From Paragordius varius (Eukaryota > Animalia > Nematomorpha): DNA of 64,000 nt. The notes beneath the pieces were generated by a model, which was given only the letters and a program-made list of their open reading frames with translations, was not told the DNA's origin and did no database searches. How positions within the stretch are numbered: position 1 is the stretch's first letter; the number at the start of each line of letters is the position of its first letter. Location of the stretch: contig OZ176054.1 of NCBI GenBank assembly GCA_964247055.1, positions 7,750,001-7,814,000 on the forward strand, given 5' to 3'. Shown in pieces: positions 50,782 to 63,781 of the stretch. The position numbers and the translations under genes were made by a program.

Positions 50782-53700
50782 ATGACATATCGTTACCCCA
50801 AGCGTATGGTGTAAAACCAGCATAAATAATTTTTCTTCATAAACTTAAAATTATTTATATTTAAATAATTATATTATTTATTTTATTCTCCTAGGTGCTT
50901 TATCAGAATCAGCACGAAAAGCTGGTATAGGCCAACAAAATGCTCAGATATATGCAAACGAAATTTTGCCACACTTTTTAAACAACGGTAAAGGTAAAAT
51001 TATCATTTTATTAGATGTTTTATATATAATTTTTAATTTTAAAGAATGTTCTTTATAGTAAATTATTTTATGTATTAAAATGCATATGCATGCTTAACTA
51101 TATAATTTTTAATTAGACTACGAGTCTTTAAAACTCTTGATATATTTTTATATGATGAAATTTTAATTATATACCACTACTTGTCATCAAAAATAAAATA
51201 AAGTGTTGCACACACGCCGCATAACAAACTCAAAAACGCACATCATCAAAGTTAATTAATTAGCCATAAAATGAGATTTATTGCTTTGCTTGTTTTGAAA
51301 AAAAAATATATTGTGTTACCTGTATATAACTACATTTTATAGAGCTTTTTTAACGCATGAAAAGAGTGAATAAACTCTTCCGTATCCTTCTTTCAATCTT
51401 TGCCAAAAAATGTGTATGTATTTCCATTCCTAAATATGAATATCGCCTTTTTAGATCATATAACAACCCCAGCACCAATTTCTAAACATTTGAATAACGA
51501 CCAACCCGTACATTTAACAACAAATATGTCAATGATGACTGAAAATAATTATAAAGACACTTGTCATACTACACAACAAAAGTTATCTGAATTAACAATA
51601 AATACCGATGACTTAAAACAGTCACCATATTTTACACAATTATCATCGATGCCAAATAATGAACTTGATCCTGTAAGTATTGGTGAAACGATATGGTTTA
51701 AGGTTCCTATTCAATCTTCCTCAATTATTCCGATGACTGTTCAACAGTCCTCACAAAAAGACACTATTCCTGTCAACGTACCCATGGAATATTTTGTTAA
51801 GGGCAAGGTACAGTTTTGTAGTTTTAAGTAACATTTATAATCTGATAATAACTATATATTGCTAGTTTTTTCATTAAAAATAATTGCCAGGCAGCATATA
51901 CAGCAAAGAGCTTTATTATTGGTAAATTACTAGAAAATGTCAAAAATAACCATCAGCTAATAATGTTTCTTTTGCTTTATTTGCTATTTACACAAATGAA
52001 AAACTAGGAATGTATATTAATTTATACTGTTTGTTAATTTATACCATAAATAAAAAAAATTCACGTAAATTATCTTGACATCCTAATTTTTAAATTAATT
52101 AGAAAGATGGAATTATATATGATTATTTATTTTTATATTTCATGATCAAAGGTGCAATTTTATGGACCCATATCACATACATCCTCTACTTGCCAGGTTG
52201 GTGTAGTTTTAGTTCAACCATTTGAATCGGTCGTCCTACTTACTCCCACAGAACACTCCTCTGCCCTGAAATGTTATGCAATTTGTGATAAATCTTATGT
52301 TGATGCCTTGTTTAACAAAGTATACAGACATTTTATTTTTTTAGAAGTATCTTTTGATTTACGCTATGCAATTAAATAAAGACTAAATTGATTCTCAAAA
52401 AAAAATTGCTGACAAAAATTTTGGTTGTTTCTACATACGCAAACACCATTTTTAACTAGGAAAATCGCGAAATTAAAAATAAACGCAACAAATAGGCAAT
52501 TGTCCTTCACCTATACTCATTTTTTTATATATATATTAATCAAAAGATTTCAAAAATTGTGTGATTCTAGGCTATAACTATAGAAACCAAAATATTCACT
52601 TTATTTTTTTTGTTTACAGGTTTTGGCATTGGGTTGTGACGGAACTTACAGGAGCACTAGGACCGGAAGGCAAAACACTAAAACACCTCCCTTAGTAAGT
52701 TCGACCCTTAAATCAGGACTTAATGCTAATCAAATTAGTACGGAGAATGGTAAATTTTTTGCTTGTGAACTGGGCCACGGTTTTTACCTTAAACCCAATG
52801 AATGCCTCAAAGCCACGTTTGAATGGGATAATCTTACACCCCTATCATCTGATATCCTGTTTAGTAATGGTATAGCGCATTTAAATTTTATGACAGGGGT
52901 GCCCGAACACAAATGACTTCGCGGGTCGCACTTGTAACCCAAAAAATCAGGCGGTCCGCTTTCAAAAATATTGGGCACATGAATACAATATAATAATATT
53001 TTCTCAGCAATTGGGAGTATGTTTCTTAAAATAGGACTAATTTGTTTAAGAAATACCGATTTTGTAGTAATACCATAATTTTGTTTGAAAATTATGGAAA
53101 TTTTGTATTCATTAGGTAATTTTCCAAATTTTTTGCCAGCGGCACATAATATATTTAAGAACCGCGTGTTGGACGTCCCTGATTTATTAATCTTTTAAAA
53201 ATTATATATGGATTGCTTTATATCAGGGCCGCCCAACCCAAATAGGTTTCTCGGGCCAAATTTTCGGATTGAAAATCCGACGGGCCGCATTCGCACAATA
53301 TATGGGACATTGTTTGATTAGATTTCAAACATAGGACTGTAAAGTTCATTGCCAAAATGCATAAAGATTATTCAGAAAATTTGTTGAGAAAATCAATTTT
53401 TTTTAGATTTTTATCAAATTTTGCATTTGTAATTACTCGCGGGATGTAAAAATGATTTGCAAGACCGGACCGCATGTTGGACACATCCATGCTTTACATA
53501 ATATAACACTTTAGATAGCAACGATGTTAGCAATCCTAATACATTACCTTACGCGGTTGGTGACCGAGTTGGGGTTTTAAGTCGCGATCCAGTTTTAGCG
53601 CTTAGGCGTACGGTTAACCCTCCTCAACCACAGACCCAATCAAATGACATGTTTGGCAATGGGTTATCTCCCCCAATAGATTCTGCTGATAGGTTAGTTT

Positions 53701-56700
53701 TCATTTCAAGTAAATTTTATCTAAATTTGTTTTAGTATTGAAAACTGGTTGGATTATTTGAATTTTTTTTGTATGTGGAAAGATTCCATAAGTAGAATAA
53801 TAGCTTAAAAATTTAAATAAATTGCAAAAATAAAAGTAATAAAATTACAGATTGTATCAGTTAATGACTATAACATAAACGCTTTAAATATAGAGCAAAA
53901 TAATTTTTTTTCAAAGTAAATAGTGGAAAATTAGTCCGTTTAAATTGTTTTTTATAGATGAAATGAATTTTATTTTTCTGTGCATGTATTATTAATATTA
54001 TTCTCTCTTAATTTATGTGTGATAATTTATTTTGGCACCCGCGATTATGTTTCAATAATATCTGTTTTATGTAGGGATGGTCAACGAAACCAAATATATA
54101 TAAACATTTCCAATTCTTAAAAAAAATAATAAAAAAAAAATCTATTTTTTTATGTTATTATTCATTTATATATAAAAACTAATTTTGAATCAAACGTAAA
54201 ATCCTTTTAATAATTTTTTTTATGAGGCTAAATTTTTTTTTCTTAACGTTTTATTTTTTTACCGTTTGATTCTTTTTACGAAATAACATAGCTAGAATCA
54301 AGATATCCCCTTTTCCCTCACTTCTTTTTCATTATCATCACACTTGACTATTCTGGCAACCGCGTTAACTACTTTAGTCTTTTGAACTGTAACCCACCAA
54401 CAAAACCATTTCGGATTCTTAACATTACTTCTTGCCCCCAAAGTTGCACTTGGTCGCAATTCCGAATCAAATAGTCAGTCCATCTTAAGTTCTGATCCCC
54501 ATGCGTAATTGTGTGAATTGGAATCTGGCTGCAAAAACATTGTCTGTCGGTGCGAATATTTTATTTCGATTACATTAACAGAGTTAAAAGTCAAATTGAT
54601 TAAAGCAAACGATAAGATAATAAAAAAAATTTTTTGGCCTACTACATTGGTCTCACCCATATTCCAAAGCTTAGATTTTATTATCCCGTGCAGTTAGAAG
54701 AAACGGAGTGGGATGCTTTAAGAGCAGTTGGAAAAAATATTTACACCGACGTACTTATAATGTTTGTGCAGCTAGATAGATTCCAATTACCGCAATTACA
54801 AAGGGAGGTACTCAATCCGTTTGGACAAGCAATGTTAATCCGTGATGGTTTTGTTGGTGGGTTACAGTTCAAAAGACTGGATTTGAATCTGTTTACGAAA
54901 TTTCCGCCCGTTTCACGGTAACGAGGCGTTATATAAGCTGATGATAATTTGAATGAACACGATTCCGAGAATAGTAGAGTGATTATAATGAAAAAGAAGT
55001 GCGGAATATCTTCTTTCTAGTTCTTTCCTAAGTTTTTTATTTTTTTACATTATATATATTTTTTAATATAATGTGTTCAAAAATAAGTTTACTTGTAGTA
55101 AAGGTAAAAATAAGGACGGACGATTATTGCTCCTATATATTTCCAATTGATATTTAACAATGTTTAGCATTTAATTTTATTTTTTTGTTTTCGTTTAACA
55201 CAGATTTGGTGGTAGTCAAAGCAGTTTGTATAGCATGTCGAGTGTTTTTTCATCCTATTCAACCACATGTCCCACAACGTCACATCATAACAAACATCAG
55301 AATGGCACCACCGATAAAAATAGCGGTCGACAAATAAAATATGGCACAGTACGATACATTGGACCCTTACATTGTGATCCTAAACCATTGTGGATAGGGA
55401 TAGAGTTAGATTTAACATTGGGAAGGAATGATGGGTCTGTTAAAGGAACTAGGTGCGTAGTAATACACCGTTTTTATAAATTTGATTTTTTTTAAATATG
55501 CTTAGCTTAAAAGCTCAATTTAAACTATTTTCGCTTAAAATGTGAATAATTTCAATGATATAATTGATTTTATATATTATGGTACATTTTATTCTTTATA
55601 AGAAAAGTATAAGTCGTTTAATTCATCTTAAATAATTTTAAAACAAAATATATTTTGATCCTAGCCATAGGTCCTAGAAACAATATATAGGGGGAAACAC
55701 AGCGTTTCGAAAAGTTTTATACCTAATAAAAGACATTTTTATGTTTTTCTATTCATAGCATACTAAAAACAGAGTATATACAATTTCCTTATCGATTGAA
55801 TTCTTTCCTTTTTTATGCCCGTTTCCATCATTAGATATTTCCAATGTGCTCCAAAACGTGGGATTTTCGCACAACCTGACCGTGTGTTTAAAATTGATCC
55901 CGATTCAGATTTTGCCATATCCCCAGATGCTTGTCCCAACCTAAATCGTTCCTCATTATCGCATTCTAGGACATCGCTTACCTCACCATCAACGACACAC
56001 ATGTTGAAAAAAAGTCAACATTTAGTCTCAAGGTAAACCCTCTTTGAATAAAATAAAATGTATTTTACTTTAATCTCTATGAAATATCTTTCTGATGAAT
56101 TTTTAGGCAATAAAACACTTGCATGAACAGATTTTCACACACTCTGCAAATTTTTAAATTTATAATTGGTTAAAGTTGTATTTACCTTCTTTACAAGAAT
56201 TAGAAAGTAAGTTTATGCGTATTTTTCATACATTTATATGGATTAAAGGAATAGAAAAATATTTGATGATTATTAAATTCTTCTAACAATATAATGTTCT
56301 ATATTTTTAGTTATTTAAAATGCTTAAATTTTCGTACTTTTTGCCAACGGTTCATGATGCTCATTAATCAATTTATAATTATATAAAAAAGTCAGCAATC
56401 TAATAATTGTATGTATTAAATGTTATTCCCAACTTAATTTTAAAAGTAATTATCGCTGGTCCCCAAATCTTTATATTATAGTGGGATGCGGACTCCAGTA
56501 ATTACGAATTCTCCAAGAACATCCTTAATAAATCAACAATCACATCGATTAAACTCTTTGGGTGGGACCCTTTCTCTAGCAGGCAGCAGAGAAAGTTTGA
56601 ACTCAAACTTATCATTCATAAGTAATGCTACTTCACGGATACCTCAACTTAAAAAATCTCGGTATAATTCAGTAAAAAAATCAAAAATTAAAAAGTATAA

Positions 56701-57419
56701 GAATTAATATCATCGAAATTTATAAAATTCAAAAATACCCCTTTAAAGAACTTAAATTTTATTTAGATTAATTTTATAACATACGATAATATTGATATTT
56801 TTAACTGAAATTTGATTTACATTTTAATTTTATACAGTATTAACCAAAACACCCATGAAAAGCCTAGCAGCCTATTGCACAAAAACACCATCCTTAATTC
56901 ACAACAATCTTTAGTAGCTAATACCAATCGACCAACATCTAAACCATCATCAACACTTAATTTTGATGCCAATAAACTCAAAGTATTAGAAAAAGAATTA
57001 ATGGAGTTGACTCATGAATTGGCCCGAATCCGTAGTTTGGAGGAATCGCATAAACTTGAAATTTCGCGATATAGCACTCTTTTGAATGAGGTTTTATTTT
57101 TTTAAATAAAATTTTTTTTATATTTTATAACTTTTTTTACAGTAAGAATTTTTTAATATATGGAGTATAAAAAATGAAAGGTTGTCATTTTACAAGCAAA
57201 ACCATATTTTTATGAATTTTTGAGAAATAAGCTATGTGTTATTAAGGTTGTGGGAGTACATTTTTCATCTTTTTTCAGCCATAATCATATGGGTTAAAGA
57301 ATTAAAGATCGTATGTGGTTATTGTAATTAAAAATGAGAGTTTTTACTTTTTAAAATTATTCCGTATATCTTCAATTTTTATTGTGCTATCATTTAATGA
57401 ATATTTTACTCTGTTTTAT

Positions 57420-57459
<40 letters not shown>

Positions 57460-60400
57460 AAGTGAGGAATGTACCACATTAAATTGTCAAATGGAGGAAT
57501 ATCAAACGGAAATGAATGAACAATTGCACCAATTTCGAATTCAAATTGAAGAATTCGAAAAACAAAACGAGGATTTGGAACAAAAATTGACAGATGAAAA
57601 AAAGTTTCATTTATTTTATAATTATATTTTTTTTGTTACATTTAGCATATATAAAACTTTCAAAGGATTGAGTTTTGTAACTTTTGGGCACTATTTTTTA
57701 GATAGAGTGTATGATAATTTTTCAGGATCAAAAATAATTAAGTCTAAAGCGCCATATTAAAAAATGCCTCAATAATAGGAAACTCCTTTATTAGTTCTAA
57801 CATTTTAAAACTTATCAACCTTTTGGGGTAATTCAGTACCTTTTATCTAAAAAGTGGGCTAATTCAAAAAAATGCATTATTTTCTATTAAGGCGCATGAT
57901 TATTTATTGAATTTAAAATATCAAAAAAACATGATGTTATAAATTCTCGCCGCCATTTTATTTTTATTTTTTTTATAACTATTATCAACAAGCAAATTGT
58001 ATATTATGGTTAAAGTGTAATTAATATCTTGAAAAGGTTAATTAATTCTAGCATTAAAATTTTGATATTTATTGATTTTAATTTAGCTGTTTTAATCAAG
58101 TTTTGGTCTGATCCTCTTTTAGAACTGTAACCGGAGGTTAAAAAATTGTAAAAATATAACCTTTTTTAAATTAAACAGTAAAGCAATGGTTAATAATAAA
58201 ATTTTAACCAAAACATTTTACAAATCTACTTAATTTACCATTTTAATCTCTGGGTGCAAAACTACCCTAAAATTTAATCGCTACAAAAAAAGGAAAAGGT
58301 AACGAAGTGTTAATGGAAAATTATTATATGTATATGTATTTATATAGCAAAGTTGAAGATTTGAATTATCAATTGACGGAGATGAGTATAGTTAAGGAAG
58401 ACTCATTATCTGATGAAAAGGCCCCTGGTAATTTTCTATTTTATACATGATAAAATTTAACATTTTTGTAACGGATTATTATTTATAAATAAAAAACAAA
58501 TTCAATAAATTTAATAGATGAAAGTTGTATTTTTTATGAAACTTAATTAAAATTGTAACAATGTTTCATTAAATATTAGTAATTATATTTACAAAATATT
58601 TTTTGTGTAATTTAGAACAAATAAATTATCTTGAAAGACCGGAATTTGCGCAAATGACGGAAAGGATAAAAAGTAATTAGTTTTTATAATAATTTTAAAA
58701 TTTTTAATATTACGTTATCGATTATTTAAATATTTTTGTAGGTTTAGAATCCGACTTAACTAACGCAAATGAAACAAATCAAAAACTTATCAAGCAAAAT
58801 CAAGAACTGGTATATAATTAATTATATTTTATACACGCGTCTAGTTCATAAAAGATTAGTTTTTATCTATTGGCAGATAGCATATTTAGCATTTACCAGG
58901 CAATATTTTTGGCTAATAATTATTTTTTTTCACTTTATATTATTAACCGATAATATTTTGGTTTGCTATATATGTTATCTGTCTTAATAATGAAAAATTG
59001 CAATGTATATTTAATCATTCTCAATAAAACGTATTAAAACGTAAAATAACCAGAGATAAAGTAAATACATATGTATTTTAATGGTTGCTTTTTTTACACT
59101 ATGCTGGGCGATTTGCAATACAGTAATGTATGGGAAAAAACAACAAAATATTGAATAAAATAAACATAATATTGTAAGAACGGAATAAATTGTTTATTAA
59201 CATTTTGTTGTTTTTTCTATCCTATACTGTGTGTTACAAATTGACCAATTATAGCATGAAATAAGCATTCAATACCATGGTGTTTCTTTGAAAGTAACTT
59301 CGGTTAGTATCTTAAATTTTAGATTGTATATTTTTAAAACATGTATAAAAAATCCAATCAAAGTGTCCATGTTAAATTGTTCTATAAATATATATTAACC
59401 AAAAATTAATTTCATAAATTACTGAGTTATTGATATTGTTATTTGGTTTAATATACCATTTACAGTTCAAATTCACCCTCGAACAATTCGAATCAACCCC
59501 TAAATAAATTGTGTGTTTTTTAAGATTAATAATTACTTTTTTTTATAATATATTCAAAGTTTGAAATTCTGGTTAAAAAATGCTGAAAAAATAAAAACTA
59601 TGTCGTAAAAATATATTTCATATTATTGATGAGTTATATTATCCCTAAAACACATAATATTTATTAGGGATTTGAATTGTTCAAGGATGAATTTGAATTG
59701 TAAATGTTATATATTATTAATATGCAGAAAAATCAAATGGCGGAATCCGTAAAATTGTTTGCTCAAATGAAACATGAAAACGAAAAAGCTCTGATAGTTA
59801 ATCAGCACGATAAAACACACATTACCGAAATGGCACAGGAAATTGACAAATTTAAAGCGGATTTAAGTCAAAAAGTAGGACATTTTTTAAAACCTTTTTG
59901 GTTTATGATGGCATTTATAAAGTTTTAATATTATATGATTATCCAAAAATTGTTATTAATATCTTTAAATCAACCATTTGGCACCGTCTACCTTTCTATA
60001 AAGAATGGAACACTATAGACATTTCTGTTAAATTAAATTTAATTTTTTAATTAAAAAACGTATTAAATAAATTTTTGGTCATATAAAATGAGTTTTATTC
60101 TCACTATCCATCAATTATATATGTCTTAATATTTAATACATATTATCAATTCAATAACTTTATGATTAATGTATCTTTAACGCTATTTAGGAAAATGAAA
60201 TAAACGAATTTAAAAACTTGTATGACCAAAATAAATCAGAACTAGTGAAGATTTTGGAAGAAAATAAACGACAAAACATCCAAATCGCAAAACTTAATAC
60301 TGAATTGGCCCAGGTTAAACAAGAATCATCGGAAAAAGTATGTTTAGATTAATAATTTTTTTATTATATATGAACCGACAAACTGTGATACACAGTATGC

Positions 60401-63398
60401 GTTTTAATGTTGCTTATTTTCTATAGTTGGGCAATTTGCAACTCAGTAGTGTATGGAAAAAAACAACAAAATATTTAATTTAATAAACAAAGTTATGAAT
60501 ATAAGAAAGGTAAAAATTGTTTATATAATATTTTGTTGTTTTTTCCATACACTACTGTGTTGTAAATTGCCTAACTATAGTGTGAAATAAGCAACCATTA
60601 AAATTCATACTGTAATTAATATGAAAATAATGATTTTACAAAATTTGTAATATCAAACTAAAAAATAAAGTGTATTTTTCCTTCTTTAAAGGTAACCCTA
60701 TGGTATTATTAAATTCTTTTTAACGTTGACAGTAATGAAAATTGTCAATATTTATTCATCATTCAATATGAATTTATATATATATATATATATTGCCTTA
60801 TATAGATTGATAATATGACTCTTGAACGTAAAGTTTATTCCTGTGAACTGGACAAAATGCAAAATGAGCATACTCAATTAAAATTGGAATTGGAAAAGAC
60901 ACGGCAGGAAATGTATTCTATAATATCATTTTTTTAATTTTGTCATTAAGGATTTGAGATTAATCATTTTTAATTTGTTATAATATTTATCTATAGAGAA
61001 CGGTTATATTTTTATGAATTTAGCCATCGTATAAAAACATTTTTTACCCTTAATAATTGAAAAATTTTGTTTTTAGAACAAACTTATCAAAAAATTATGG
61101 CGATATGGAACAAAGCCGTATAAAATTGGCCTCTCAATTGACTCAATTGCAATCCATACAAGTAAAATATGTTTGTTAAAAAAACTAATTTTATACGCAT
61201 TAAATTTAACTTTAAGGCATTATTATATATTTCAAATATCTTATTTACTTTATTAAACACATGTTTATATTGGTTAAATTTTTTCAAATACTTTATACTG
61301 CGTTAACAGGATTCGCAATTAATGGTTATTGATGCACTTCAAACTGAAAAGGAATCAGCCCTATCCGAAATTAAACTTTTGAAAGCTAAATTAGAAAGCG
61401 CTCCCCTAAATAATGGGCACATCGATCATAATGGTAAATTGTTTAACTTTTAAAACTAAATATATATATATATATTTTAATTAAATTATGGTATGCTTTT
61501 ATAAATTAATTGTATTTTAAAAGCTATTTCTTTATCCTAGGAGGTGATTTAAATACGTCAAAAGACACTGATGAAGACCACGCGGCCAACATTCATGAAC
61601 AATGTCTGATCAAAGTATTTAAACTAAATTAGTTAAATTTGAATATATAGGGTAAAAGTTAAAATCACAAAGGCAGAATGTAAAAATAATATATTTTAAA
61701 ATTATTTTTTGATGCTCAATAATCTCTATACATCATATTATAGTCATGTTATAAGTTTACGTCTCTCTCCTTTATTCCCAACCCAAAATAATATTAATCT
61801 TAAAAAATCATTTTTTTTAAATTTAATTTACAAATTTATTTTTCATGATTTGCCTTTATAATTAATTTTTACTGTAACACAACATATCCATATATTTGCG
61901 TAGCAAAAATTCTTAAATTCCGTTTTGGTTGGTATGAATCAACAAAATGAGAAATTGCAAACTCAAATTAAGGAATTGAAAAAACAGTTTTCTAATGGTT
62001 ATGAAGCTAACAGCAAATATTCGGAAGAAAATTCGGATACCGATGAAGAGGGCATTACAAAAGGTAAATGTACATCAATAATATCACTCTTAAATCATTT
62101 AATTTGTTTTTTTATACATCGTTCGTTTTCTTATAAATCGCTTTCATCTCATATATTAACGCATTTATACAAAGACACTGCATAATGATTTTTAATCTAA
62201 TACTATTTTTTAATGATTAACTATTAAGTTTAGTTCATTAAGATAACGTGAAAATGGCTTGTTATGGAAAATTCACGAATATTTTATCGTTTTTATTATT
62301 TAAACCACAGTCTTTGTTATGCATGAAAAAGTGCGGGCTTAGCCTGACTTATAGACTTTCTTTTCAAAAATGTTTATTCAGTATAAGGAATAAATATGCA
62401 CTTTGTTAATAAAGATTATTAATATGTAATAATGATAGAACGAAATGGTTACCATGGTGATCAAGCAAATGGTAATTCAATTACACTGCAAACTACTCCA
62501 AGTCTAAGTAGCAGTGGGGATTTTTCCATAGTACAGCCTTCAAAAACATCATCGTCTCTTACCACCCAATTTTCTACGGCTTCAAATAGGTTTATATTCT
62601 AATGTTAAAACTTAATCATTTGAAAATTAAAATTTTTTAAAGATAAACTTAAAAAATAGTAAACGACTAATATTTTATTTAAAAGCCGCCTTATTTTTTT
62701 ATATTAATGTAACCTATTTTAGGTTGGACGATATAAAGAATAAAATTTTAAATTGGTAACTTCAAAAAGAAATATTATTTAGGTTATATAAAAAGGAAGA
62801 ATGAATATGGCTTTCCTTTTAAAAATTTTAGTCTTTTGGTTTTGTCTGTAAATTATTGATTTTTACTCTATCTATTATCATTTTTTACCCATAAATAATA
62901 TTTCAACTCAATAATTATCTGACCAGCCTTTCAAGTTAGTCATGCGCAATCCTCTTTATTGCTTTTGTGACAAATGAGTAAAATATAAGGTTAGTTATTA
63001 AGATCTTAATGATTTTCATACCATGTATTAATTTTCCTTTGCGATATTTTTAGTAGTTTGCAACATATGTAAGCGCAGACTTTATTCTGCATTTTATTTT
63101 ATAACTGCTCGCTTTTATCAAAATAACCAATTTTAGCGTGTAATTATCTATTCTTTTACTTAAGCTATATTAGTTTCAATAATATGAAACAAATTTCAGG
63201 ATGTGTTAAATGGTTTACTACAAAAGCCTTAGGTTTAAAAAATCTAGGTTTTATACTTACTTTAAATGCTGTTTTAATTTTCCAAGGAGAATATAAAGTT
63301 TTAGTTTTACAATAATCCGAAATTTGGTAAAATATTTTACATTAAATGTTATTGCTATATATGTATGAGTGTGTTTTAGTTAGAGAACTTTTAAGGTT

Positions 63399-63443
<45 letters not shown>

Positions 63444-63781
63444 CTTTAGTCCCAATGATTCCAAACACATAATAATCAATGCTGGAGAGCTACAAAGCTC
63501 CAAAAAGTATAGAAAACGGCTCTCAAATCCGGCCGATCTTTTGTTCAACAGAATTCAACGCATGGCTAAACAGCGTACACTTGAAAAACGAATGTATTGC
63601 GATAATTGTCAAGTTTTTGATGCCCATGAAACTGAAAATTGTGATGTCCCTCCCAAAGATTATGCGAATGATACCTCAAACGATAATATAATAATATCAA
63701 AAGATTACAAAATTAGCAATGGAAAAAATATGAATCAAAATACGAAAGAATCATTTACGACACGTATTTCCTTGAAAAATG
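50782..63781 (+). CDS. CLIP1: CLIP-170/restin-like microtubule plus-end protein (start tentative; 3' end beyond last resolved exon)
   Basis: Exons include 50895-50993, 51455-51807, 52152-52196, 52620-52869 (degenerate CAP-Gly), 53515-53692, 55204-55452, 55835-56032 (GTVRYIG..WIGIELD..GRNDGSVKGTRYFQCAPKRGIF), Ser-rich 56482-56661 with SRIP, coiled-coil exons 56838-62063 (KVEDLNYQLTEMSIVKED; KFLNSVLVGMNQQNEKL), 62439-62589 and 63450-63781 with zinc knuckle MYCDNCQVFDAHETENC. Phases are compatible throughout. Confidence 0.88.
52894..53181. mobile_element. Degenerate hAT-type MITE in CLIP intron
   Basis: CAGGGGTGCCCGAACAC ... GTGTTGGACGTCCCTG. Weak 8-bp TSD (6/8). Confidence 0.6.
53224..53491. 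mobile_element. hAT-type MITE in CLIP intron
   Basis: CAGGGCCGCCCAAC ... GTTGGACACATCCATG. Flanks ctttatat / ctttacat (7/8). Confidence 0.65.
54292..55020. repeat. Diverged inverted-repeat pair with a perfect 34-bp core
   Basis: 54376-54409 is the exact reverse complement of 54845-54878. Further patchy matches extend to CTAG at both outer ends. Origin unknown. Confidence 0.75.
57423..57456. repeat. (TA)n microsatellite forming the 3' end of a CLIP intron
   Basis: TA run ends in TATAG|AAAAGT (acceptor at 57457). Confidence 0.9.
59068..59277. mobile_element. CAGTATGC MITE family, copy 2 (degenerate ends)
   Basis: Inverted arms collinear with 60393-60612. Confidence 0.7.
59456..59707. mobile_element. 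CCATTT-ended foldback MITE, family B, copy 2
   Basis: TATA|CCATTTACAGTTCAAATTCACCC ... GAATTTGAATTGTAAATGT|TATA. Confidence 0.8.
60393..60612. mobile_element. CAGTATGC MITE family, copy 3
   Basis: CAGTATGCGTTTTAATG ... CATTAAAATTCATACTG|TA, with about 90-bp inverted arms. Confidence 0.85.
63403..63436. repeat. (TA)n microsatellite near a CLIP acceptor
   Basis: TA run ending about 12 nt before the acceptor AG at 63449. It is the source of the spurious IYIYIY ORFs. Confidence 0.9.
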
